This document shows positions 43,364-51,291 of a stretch of DNA of 64,000 nt, piece by piece. The stretch comes from Planctomycetaceae bacterium. Lineage in GTDB: Bacteria; Planctomycetota; Planctomycetia; Planctomycetales; Planctomycetaceae. The notes under the pieces were generated by a model. It saw only the letters and a list, made by a program, of their open reading frames with translations. It was not told where the DNA came from and made no database searches. The translations under genes and the position numbers were made by a program. The first letter of the stretch is position 1. Each line of letters starts with the position of its first letter. The stretch covers positions 10,925 to 74,924 of the forward strand of contig PBOJ01000102.1 in assembly GCA_002724315.1 (NCBI GenBank). Reading direction: 5' to 3'.

Positions 43364-45265
43364 ATGATCCTGCTCTCCGCCAGAGATCTGACGCGCCAGT
43401 TCGATTCCGAACCGGTCTTTGCCGGGCTCGGCCTGGAGATTCGTGCCGGCGACCGCGTCGGCCTGGTCGGACCCAACGGCAGCGGCAAGACAACCCTGTT
43501 GAACATTCTCGCCGGACTCGATGAGCCCGACACCGGGGCGATCGATACTCCACGCACGGTCCGAGTCGGGCTGCTGGAACAACAGCCCAACCTCGCCGCC
43601 GACCGTACCCTGTGGGATGAAGCTGCCGACGGGCTCCAGTGGCTCTACGAACTGCAGCGCGAGGCCGAAACGCTGGCCGAACAGATCAGCCAAGAGTCCT
43701 CCGACACATTGCTCAGGCGTTACGACACCGTGCACGCCACGCTTGAACAGCACTCCGGATTCCAGATCGACCACCGTGTCGCCGAGGTTCTCGAAGGGCT
43801 GGGGTTCGAAGCCGACGAGTTCCACCGTCCGTTGACGACGTTCAGCGGAGGCCAGCAGGCCCGGGCCTCCCTGGCCCGATTGCTGCTGACCGATCCCGAC
43901 GTGATGCTGCTCGACGAACCGACCAACCATCTCGACATCGCCGCCACCGAGTGGCTCGAGTCATTCCTGGTGCGGGCACGTCCGGCCATGATCCTGGTCA
44001 GCCACGACCGCTTCTTTCTCGACAAGGTCGTCACACGCGTCCTCGAACTCCGTCCCGACCGGCTCGATTCCTACTCGGGAAATTTCAGCGCCTACCGCCG
44101 TCAACGGTCCGAACGCCAGGAACGACTCGGCAAACAGGCCCGGAAGCAACAGGCGTTCGTCGCACGGACCGAGGACTTCATTCGTCGGAACCAGTACGGG
44201 CAGAAGCACAAGCAGGCAGCAGACCGTGTGCGGAAACTCGAACGTCTCGGCGACATCGAACAGATCGACAATTTCTCCGTACCGCCAATGACCTTCGGTG
44301 AACCGGCCCGCAGCGGCGAAATCGTGATCGAGGCGATCGAGATCTCCAAGGGTTTTGCCGAACCCCTGTTCGAGGACCTGACGCTGAGAGTCGAACGGGG
44401 ACAGCGGTTGGGGATCCTCGGACCCAACGGCAGTGGCAAGACTACGCTCCTGAAAACTCTGCTGGGCGATCTTCAGCCGGACCAGGGCAACGTGCGACTG
44501 GGCCACAATGTCGAGTTGGCCTATTTTGACCAGGGGATTGACCAGATCCCCGATGACCTGGACCTGGTCGAGGCGATCCGGCCACCGAACAACCCCGACG
44601 TCAACCCCGGCCAACTCCGCAGTCTGCTGGCCCGCTTCGGACTCACCGGCGACATCGTTCTGCAGAATTTCGGCCACTGCAGTGGAGGAGAGCAAAGCAA
44701 GACCGCACTGGCCCGACTGTCAGCACTCAATGCCAACCTGCTGATTCTTGACGAACCCACCAATCACCTCGACCTGTGGGCCCGGGACGGTCTGGAACGG
44801 GCGTTGTGCGAATTTGCCGGTACCGTGCTGTTCGTCACGCACGACCGTTTCTTCATCGACCAGATCGCCACACACGTTCTCGTGATTGAGGAAGACCGAT
44901 GCCGGATCTACGACGGAAACTATTCGCAGTATCTCGCGTTCCGTGAAAACAACGAATCCGACACCTCACCACCGCATCCCGTGTCATCCAGCCAGGCTGC
45001 TCCCAAAGCACGTTCGGTTCCCGAACCCGTCGAAAACGACTCCTCTCAACGCACCCGCCAGTTTCCGTATCGAAAGGCCGTCGAGATCGAGGCGGAAATC
45101 GCTGAGGCGGAACTCCGTAAGGAAGAACTCGAAGAACAAATGGCCGACCCCGAGATCCACCGCGACACCGACCGGATGACCCGGTTGGTGGGCGACTACG
45201 AGATCGTCCAGGACGAACTGGAAATGCTGATGGCACACTGGGAGGAGTCCATCGAGCTGAATTGA
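43364..45265 (+). CDS. ABC-F family ATPase (tandem ABC cassettes with linker; EttA/Uup-like)
   Basis: Two Walker A sites (GLVGPNGSGKTT, GILGPNGSGKTT), two LSGGQ signatures, C-terminal coiled coil. ORF 43304.. trimmed to MILLSARDL. Confidence 0.88.
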   Translation: MILLSARDLTRQFDSEPVFAGLGLEIRAGDRVGLVGPNGSGKTTLLNILAGLDEPDTGAIDTPRTVRVGLLEQQPNLAADRTLWDEAADGLQWLYELQREAETLAEQISQESSDTLLRRYDTVHATLEQHSGFQIDHRVAEVLEGLGFEADEFHRPLTTFSGGQQARASLARLLLTDPDVMLLDEPTNHLDIAATEWLESFLVRARPAMILVSHDRFFLDKVVTRVLELRPDRLDSYSGNFSAYRRQRSERQERLGKQARKQQAFVARTEDFIRRNQYGQKHKQAADRVRKLERLGDIEQIDNFSVPPMTFGEPARSGEIVIEAIEISKGFAEPLFEDLTLRVERGQRLGILGPNGSGKTTLLKTLLGDLQPDQGNVRLGHNVELAYFDQGIDQIPDDLDLVEAIRPPNNPDVNPGQLRSLLARFGLTGDIVLQNFGHCSGGEQSKTALARLSALNANLLILDEPTNHLDLWARDGLERALCEFAGTVLFVTHDRFFIDQIATHVLVIEEDRCRIYDGNYSQYLAFRENNESDTSPPHPVSSSQAAPKARSVPEPVENDSSQRTRQFPYRKAVEIEAEIAEAELRKEELEEQMADPEIHRDTDRMTRLVGDYEIVQDELEMLMAHWEESIELN

Positions 45266-45468
45266 CCAGGCCGTGAACAGCCCGGCAATCCCTCCCTGGA
45301 TCACCGGGCTGCCTACGGTCGGGGGCTGGGTGGGCTGTCGGGGCCATCGATGAACTGGCCGCGTGACCCGGAACGGTCCTGGAACCGGCCACCGGCCTCC
45401 GGGGAGTTCCTCCATCCTCCAGCCCCGTCCCGACAGCCACACCCGAATCGATACCGCGAACCGGAGGT

Positions 45469-45969
45469 TCAGGAGGCCATCCGTTCAGCGGGTGGTCTCG
45501 GCGTTGTGAACATCAGGCAGATTCGGGTCCGCCGGGGGAACTTCGGATCGCACGTCGCGACAACGAACAACTGACCGCCGAGTGCCGGCTGTCGGTTGTC
45601 CGAGGCTCGGCCGAACACCACAACGACCGGCACCTGTCCGACCCGATGGGCAACCTGACCAGAGACTCGCCAGATGGCCTCGCCTGACCGTCGCACCACC
45701 ATCGGTCGCATCCGTAACGGCAACTGGAACGCCAGCACGTCGGTCCCGACGCACTCGCGCTGCATCCTCTTCAACAACGGATCGTCGGTCTTTCGAGTCA
45801 TTTTCTGACGTACTGCCCGACGCACCGCCAGGACCTCGCGCGGCAATGTGTTGGCCCCGGCGGCTTCAGCCGGAACTCCGGCCAACCGGTCGGCAATGAT
45901 CCAGCACGCCACCATCGCGATCCCGAACATCCACCACCGCGATCGACTTGTCCGTCCCTGATTGCTCAT
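45469..45969 (-). CDS. Hypothetical protein with N-terminal membrane anchor
   Basis: MSNQGRTSRSRWWMFGIAMVACWIIADRLAG...; no motif recognised. Confidence 0.4.
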   Translation of the reverse strand: MSNQGRTSRSRWWMFGIAMVACWIIADRLAGVPAEAAGANTLPREVLAVRRAVRQKMTRKTDDPLLKRMQRECVGTDVLAFQLPLRMRPMVVRRSGEAIWRVSGQVAHRVGQVPVVVVFGRASDNRQPALGGQLFVVATCDPKFPRRTRICLMFTTPRPPAERMAS

Positions 45970-46025
45970 CGGTCGTTCCTCCTTGTACTCCGGCCCGCGA
46001 ACCGCCTGTTCCGGCCCCATGTGCG

Positions 46026-47069
46026 TCACGACACCGATCGATCGCGGAACAATTCGGAGCCACTCGACGATTCCACGTCTCGGGGCAGATCGTCACCGCT
46101 TCGGCCCCGATTCCGACCGTCATCGGGCACCCCGGCAACCGTTCGGCCAGTCCGACCACCGCCGCGACCACCACGCCCGTCGATGGACTTCGAACTCGAC
46201 CCGCCGGCGGAAGTGGCCCCCGACGGATTCCCCGACGAGACGCCCCGAGTGGGCGCCTTGTTCTGCACCGAGTCGAACAGGGACGAACCCGTGGGAACGG
46301 CGCCGAGATAGCCGGCTTCCCGGTGCGTCCATCGTCGATCATCACGGATGAAGTCGTTGTAGAGATCCCCCTCGGGGAACTGGAAATCATCGTCGTTGAT
46401 CACGTTGGGTCCCCCCGACCACTTGCTGAGCAAATCCCACTTCTTCAGGACATAACCGACGTTTTGCGAGCAGTTGTCGTCGAAGAGACTGAAGTCGTCG
46501 TCATTCTGCCACTTGTGGTCCAGGTACCGTTGGATTTCGCCGAACTGTTGCTCGGTCACCGGAACCCTGGAAACATAAACCCGGAAACCCGCATGAGCCT
46601 CCTCTCGGAGGTAAACGTCCAACGATCGACGCTGGAAAGCCGAGTCGTCGAATCCTCCGTTACCGGCCCCCACGGCGTGCTGCCCGTATACGGTCGTGCC
46701 ACTGCCATCGGTCACCGCGATGTCAGCATGACCGATTTTGAAGGGGCCCGAATCGATGAATACCAGGACCTCGACATACCTCTGTTGCTGGGCAGTCGCG
46801 GCACCACCACGCACCGGACTGGCCTGTTTCGCCTCCCGGTCAACCGTGCCCCGTGATTCGTCCCGGGCAGTCGGCGAGTCAGCCGGATCAGCCATGCCGC
46901 CAACTTCGACAGTCGCCATAGCCGAAAGCAGTGTTCGGCACTCAAGCGTTTCGCCGTTTCCGGACCACCGCTTGCGACGTCGCGGCCGCCGGACACGTTT
47001 CCAGGGTGCCGAGGTGAACCACCTGGTGGAAGGCATTCGTGTCGACCTGTTGCGAGTTCTCCGTCCCAT
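46026..47069 (-). CDS. Hypothetical protein; possible permuted papain-like (LRAT/NlpC-P60-like) hydrolase core with Gly/Ser/Arg-rich C-terminus
   Basis: His-then-Cys arrangement (…FKIGHADIAVTDGSGTTVYG… then …FSLFDDNCSQNVGYVLKKW…) reminiscent of LRAT-type NCEHF motif. Inference only. Start uncertain. Confidence 0.4.
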   Translation of the reverse strand: MGRRTRNRSTRMPSTRWFTSAPWKRVRRPRRRKRWSGNGETLECRTLLSAMATVEVGGMADPADSPTARDESRGTVDREAKQASPVRGGAATAQQQRYVEVLVFIDSGPFKIGHADIAVTDGSGTTVYGQHAVGAGNGGFDDSAFQRRSLDVYLREEAHAGFRVYVSRVPVTEQQFGEIQRYLDHKWQNDDDFSLFDDNCSQNVGYVLKKWDLLSKWSGGPNVINDDDFQFPEGDLYNDFIRDDRRWTHREAGYLGAVPTGSSLFDSVQNKAPTRGVSSGNPSGATSAGGSSSKSIDGRGGRGGGRTGRTVAGVPDDGRNRGRSGDDLPRDVESSSGSELFRDRSVS

Positions 47070-47324
47070 CGTTATCCCCCTTTTCCATCACGGGGCCATG
47101 TGATGGCGGGCCACGGACGGACTGGAGGATCTCTCGCCGGGTCAAGCGGATGTCGCGAAGCTGTGGAGAGAGTCTCTGGCTCGTTCGCGGCCCGCCGTGT
47201 CAAATCGGGTCCTTCTCAATCCCGATGTGAACGACACTAGAAACCCGAAGGGAGGGGGCACAAGAACTTAACACCCCCTCGTCAGAAAAAAGACGACATT
47301 GGGGATCGGTCAAGAATGCACGCT

Positions 47325-47741
47325 CTAGCTGGCAGTGTGAGACGACTCGGGCGGCGTCCCAGGTTCAACGGGAACATCTACCGTTGTCGCATCACCTTGT
47401 GGCAAAGGGATTTGCGGAGCCGTTTCGAGTGAGCCCCGAGGCGGATCGGACCGCATCGCCAGTTGCCGGTCGAGCCGGCGACCCCAGACCACGTAGTGGA
47501 AGGACAGGTACCCCCCCCCCAACACAATCGCAGCCAGGAACGCGAAGATCAGCAACTGGTTGAAAACCAGGGCCAGGATCGCCATCAGTCCGCCCGCAAC
47601 CAGCACCAGTCCCAGCAACGCGACCATGGTAGCCATGTCACGGGCCCGCTTCTCACGCGGACCGACAGGCCCGGCTGCCTCCGGCGGGGGCAAAAGATCT
47701 TCGGGCTTCAGGCGATCGGGCGATTGTCCCTCGGACATCAC
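47325..47741 (-). CDS. Small membrane protein (2 TM) containing a G9 homopolymer in its coding sequence
   Basis: …MATMVALLGLVLVAGGLMAILALVFNQLLIFAFLAAIVLGGGYLSFHYVVWGRR…; GGG-Gly run encoded by 9 consecutive G on the coding strand. Confidence 0.45.
   Translation of the reverse strand: MMSEGQSPDRLKPEDLLPPPEAAGPVGPREKRARDMATMVALLGLVLVAGGLMAILALVFNQLLIFAFLAAIVLGGGYLSFHYVVWGRRLDRQLAMRSDPPRGSLETAPQIPLPQGDATTVDVPVEPGTPPESSHTAS
47512..47520 (-). repeat. Homopolymeric tract (C)9 on plus strand = (G)9 on coding strand of ORF 47325..47741
   Basis: Direct reading: ggtaCCCCCCCCCaacac. Confidence 0.9.
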
Positions 47742-48187
47742 TTCGCCTCCAAAAGTTCCCGCAGCCGGCGGTGCCTGTGAGCGAATCCGCTGGTGAGCGA
47801 GGCTTCGATTCGCGGGGCGGTCAACAGCAAGCCGGCGAGGCCGGACGGTGGTTCGAAATTCACTTCCTCGACCAACTCGACCAACTCCTCCCCTGGAATG
47901 ATCCGTCGCTGGTGCACCCAGGCACCCAGTGGTCCGCTGATCATCGTCTCGGTGAACGACACGGGCTCTTCGAAAGCGGTGACCTCGTAGGTCAGCCTCT
48001 GCGTGGGGCCGAACCCGTCAAGATCGACGACCAGTTGGCTACCCAGTTCGAGTCGCTCGGGACTTTCGATCACCTCCAGGGGCGTCTCCGGCGGCATGAT
48101 GCCGGCCAGGTGAGCCGGGTGAACGATGTAGTCGAAAAGTTTTTCGGCTGTTGTGGCCAGGGCGACTCGAGCTTCGAACGTGGGCAT
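47738..48187 (-). CDS. SRPBCC (START/Bet v1-like polyketide-cyclase/dehydrase fold) family protein
   Basis: ORF trimmed to MPTFEARVALATTAEKLFDYIVHPAHLAGIMPP...; typical SRPBCC N-terminal pattern. 149 aa. Confidence 0.6.
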   Translation of the reverse strand: MPTFEARVALATTAEKLFDYIVHPAHLAGIMPPETPLEVIESPERLELGSQLVVDLDGFGPTQRLTYEVTAFEEPVSFTETMISGPLGAWVHQRRIIPGEELVELVEEVNFEPPSGLAGLLLTAPRIEASLTSGFAHRHRRLRELLEAK

Positions 48188-48308
48188 GCCAATTCTGGTC
48201 GGCTGGGGCAGGGATCGCCGCCGATGGTCAACCGACGTCGGCGCTGCGAACATGGTAGGAGGAACACCGACCCGGTGAAAGGCGCTGCAGCCGACGACGG
48301 AACTCGCG

Positions 48309-49250
48309 ATGACGACCTGCATTCCCCCCGATGTGCTGAGGCGGTGCCTGGTCCTGGCCGGGCCGACGGCCTGTGGCAAGACGGGACTGTCGCTTGAATG
48401 GTCCGAGGTGGTCGGCGGTGAGATCGTTGCGATGGACTCGATGTCGCTTTTCCGCGGCATGGACATCGGCACGGCCAAGGCGACAGCAGCCGAACGGGCC
48501 CGCATCCCTCATCACCTGCTCGACATTCTCGACCCGCACCAGGACTTCAGCCTGGCCGATTACGTCTCCACCGCGGCGAAGGCGTGCCGGCAGATCATCG
48601 ACAACGGCCGGGTGCCACTGTTCGTCGGCGGCACGGGACTCTATCTCCGTGGAATTCTGCGTGGTGTTTTCGACGGCCCTCCCGCCGACTGGACAATCCG
48701 GGAACGTCTCGAGGCCGACGCGGCCAAACAACCGGAAGGATGGCTGCTCGCGGAACTCGAGAAAGTCGACCCGGACACCGCGGCGCGACTCCATGCCCAC
48801 GACACCCGTCGATTGGTGAGGGCGCTGGAGGTCTTCGAGTTGACCGGTCAGCCTCTGTCGGCACAGCAAGACGAGGGACCGACCGACAACGACGTGCGAC
48901 CACGACAGGTCACGTGGTTGTCACCCCCCAGGGAGTGGCTCTACGAGCGGATCAATCGGCGGGTGGACCAGATGCTCGCGGACGGCCTGGTCGAGGAGGT
49001 CCGTGGACTGCTCGACAGCGAACCGCCACCGGGCCGTACCGCACGACAGGCCCTGGGATACAAGGAGATCATCGATCACCTCGAAGGACGTGCCTCACTG
49101 GAAGAGGCCGTCGATACGATCAAACGGCACACGAGACGATTCGCCCGCAAACAGACCACGTGGTTCCGCAACCTCGAGGAATGCCGGGAAATGGAGATCC
49201 ACGGGACGGAAAGGCCGGGAGAACTGGTCGAGCGTCTGGCGGCAGGCTGA
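48309..49250 (+). CDS. miaA: tRNA dimethylallyltransferase
   Basis: P-loop LAGPTACGKTGLSLEW. MDSMSLFRGMDIGTAK, LFVGGTGLYLRGILRG blocks characteristic of MiaA. Confidence 0.9.
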   Translation: MTTCIPPDVLRRCLVLAGPTACGKTGLSLEWSEVVGGEIVAMDSMSLFRGMDIGTAKATAAERARIPHHLLDILDPHQDFSLADYVSTAAKACRQIIDNGRVPLFVGGTGLYLRGILRGVFDGPPADWTIRERLEADAAKQPEGWLLAELEKVDPDTAARLHAHDTRRLVRALEVFELTGQPLSAQQDEGPTDNDVRPRQVTWLSPPREWLYERINRRVDQMLADGLVEEVRGLLDSEPPPGRTARQALGYKEIIDHLEGRASLEEAVDTIKRHTRRFARKQTTWFRNLEECREMEIHGTERPGELVERLAAG

Positions 49251-49316
49251 CACCCCAAAAAAAAGGGCCGGCCCCACACCATCGGTGGAACCGGCCCTCG
49301 TACGCTCAAACGCCAA

Positions 49317-49820
49317 TCAGGCGTCCTTTTTCTTCTTCTTCTTCTTGCCCTTCTTCTTGGGCAATTTGGCCTTCTGCTCTGCGGTCAGAATCTCGACGAA
49401 CTTGGCCCTGGCAGCTTTCTGGACATCCTGCCGCTTCTTGGTCAGTTCCTTCATCTTTGCCTTCTGGTCGTCGGTAAGGTTCAAAGCAGCCTGGATCGCT
49501 GCGTTCCTCGCCTTACCCTTCACGCCATCGGCCTTCGCCTTCTTGTTCGCGGCAGTACGAGCTTGCCGCTGTTCCTTGGTGATCACTCCGTTGATCGCCT
49601 TCTGGACCTCGGCCAACTTCGGACCGAATTCCTTGTTGATCGCAGCAACCTGCTTCTTCTGATCGTCGGTCAACGTGATGCCCTTGGGCACCCTGACCGC
49701 GACAGGCGCCTTGCGGCCCTTCTTCTTTTTCTTCTTCTTCTTTTCCTCGGCGGCCATGGCCGGCATTGCCAGCACAACAGCGAGTGTCAGGACCAAAAGT
49801 CCTTGCAGTGTCCGCTTCAT
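49317..49820 (-). CDS. Secreted Lys-rich LTXXQ-motif (Spy/CpxP-like) protein with poly-Lys tracts at both ends
   Basis: Signal peptide MKRTLQGLLVLTLAVVLAMPAMA. Three LTxxQ motifs (LTDDQKKQ, LTDDQKAKM, LTAEQKAKL). EEKKKKKKKKGRK after signal and KKKGKKKKKKKDA at C-terminus. Confidence 0.6.
   Translation of the reverse strand: MKRTLQGLLVLTLAVVLAMPAMAAEEKKKKKKKKGRKAPVAVRVPKGITLTDDQKKQVAAINKEFGPKLAEVQKAINGVITKEQRQARTAANKKAKADGVKGKARNAAIQAALNLTDDQKAKMKELTKKRQDVQKAARAKFVEILTAEQKAKLPKKKGKKKKKKKDA
49327..49360 (-). repeat. (CTT)n / AAG-codon simple sequence tract encoding the C-terminal poly-Lys; a second tract lies at 49718-49746
   Basis: tttttcttcttcttcttcttgcccttcttctt read directly; in-frame trinucleotide repeat. 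Confidence 0.85.
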
Positions 49821-49898
49821 GATCAGTTCCTCTCGGTGTGAATCGGGCCGTGCGACCCTACTGGAAAAAATCGAGCCGCCCCAATGGCTCGGAATCCG

Positions 49899-51203
49899 CT
49901 ACGCAAACAACTTGTCGATCACCGCTCCGTCGCGAACGATCATAACCGGTCGTCCGGTCTTGGTGTGATACTCCTTGGTGTGGTCGATGCCGAGGTTGTG
50001 ATAGAACGACGCGGCGGCGTCCGAGGGTGAAATGGCCTCGTTCGCCGGACCGGTTGCCTTGTCATCGCTCGCACCGATCACCTGGCCGCCCTTGACGCCT
50101 CCGCCGGCCATCAACATGGTCATGCACCGCGGATAGTGGTCGCGGCCGCCCGGTGTGGTTCTATTGTTGATCTTCGGCGTCCGCCCGAACTCGCCGGTCA
50201 CGAACACCGCAGTCCGTTCGAGCAGTCCCCGCTGTTCCAGGTCTCCGAGCATCGCGGCCACGGCCTGGTCGAAGGGGGGCAGCAACTTGTCCTTCAGTTT
50301 CGGGAAGTTGTCGCGGTGAGTGTCCCATCCGCCGGTCGAAACGGTGACGAAACGCACGCCGCTTTCGACGAGCCGGGTGGCCAACAGGCAGCTCTGTCCG
50401 AACGGCGATTCGCCGTAGGTCTCGGACCGGGCAGCCGGCTCCTTGCCGATGTCGAACGCCTCGCGGGCTTTCTTCGATGTGATCATCGAGTAGGCCTGCC
50501 GGCTGAACTTGTCGAGACCATCCAGCAGTTGGTTGTCCTTTTCGATGCTCGAGAAAGTGGTATCGAGATCCTTCAGAAGCCCCTGCCGCTTCTCGACGTC
50601 GGTGATCGTCAGGCCGTTGGCCAGGGCAATCCCACGGACGGTGAACGGCCGCCCCTTCTTCGGAGTCTCCCCGGTGTTCAGCGGAGCGTACTTGACACCC
50701 AGGAACCCGGCCTTCTGGCGGGTGTTGGGAATCGCCACGAACCCGGGCATGTCAATCGAGCCGGGACGCTCCTTGGTCACCACCGCTCCGTAACCCGGAT
50801 ACTCCAGTGACGCCAACGGCCGCGTGCCGGTGTTGATGTACTCCTGCCCCAGGCGATGAGCCCCCAGGGTGTGGCTGACGCCTCGCAGAATCGTGTACTT
50901 GTCGGCACACGCGGCCAGTTTCGGCAGGTGTTCACTGATCTCGATCCCCTCGACGTTGGTCTGGATCGGGTTGAACAGGCCGCGGTATTCCTCGGGCGCG
51001 TTCGGCTTCAGGTCGAACGTGTCCATGTGCGAGGGACCGCCCGGCAGGTTGACGAAGATCGCCGAGGTCGCCCGACCGGCCTGAACGGCGCCGGCCGAGG
51101 CCAGGCGGAGATAGCTCGAGAGACCGAGACCGGTCGTGCCCAGCACGCCGACCTTCAGGAAATCTCGCCGTTTCACGCCGTCGCAGGTTGTGTGCAAAGC
51201 CAT
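49899..51203 (-). CDS. DUF1501 Tat-signal protein
   Basis: ORF trimmed to MALHTTCDGVKRRDFLKVGVLGTTGLGLSS... (RRxFLK). DUF1501 blocks. Confidence 0.85.
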   Translation of the reverse strand: MALHTTCDGVKRRDFLKVGVLGTTGLGLSSYLRLASAGAVQAGRATSAIFVNLPGGPSHMDTFDLKPNAPEEYRGLFNPIQTNVEGIEISEHLPKLAACADKYTILRGVSHTLGAHRLGQEYINTGTRPLASLEYPGYGAVVTKERPGSIDMPGFVAIPNTRQKAGFLGVKYAPLNTGETPKKGRPFTVRGIALANGLTITDVEKRQGLLKDLDTTFSSIEKDNQLLDGLDKFSRQAYSMITSKKAREAFDIGKEPAARSETYGESPFGQSCLLATRLVESGVRFVTVSTGGWDTHRDNFPKLKDKLLPPFDQAVAAMLGDLEQRGLLERTAVFVTGEFGRTPKINNRTTPGGRDHYPRCMTMLMAGGGVKGGQVIGASDDKATGPANEAISPSDAAASFYHNLGIDHTKEYHTKTGRPVMIVRDGAVIDKLFA

Positions 51204-51291
51204 CGTTGTCGTCCTTTCCGTTCCCGGAGTCCCGGGATGATTTCCGTTGGTGATCCTGGTTGCCGTCGTGGGCCAATCGGCCTCGCGGCGG

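Noticed and set aside
47240-47290. Hairpin GAGGGGG-N15-CCCCCTC followed by CCCTTCGGG-TTTCT downstream of the small membrane protein gene (minus strand), considered as intrinsic terminator
   Set aside because: Stem is reasonable but the U-tract is short and interrupted. Kept only as a note; confidence too low to list as a feature.
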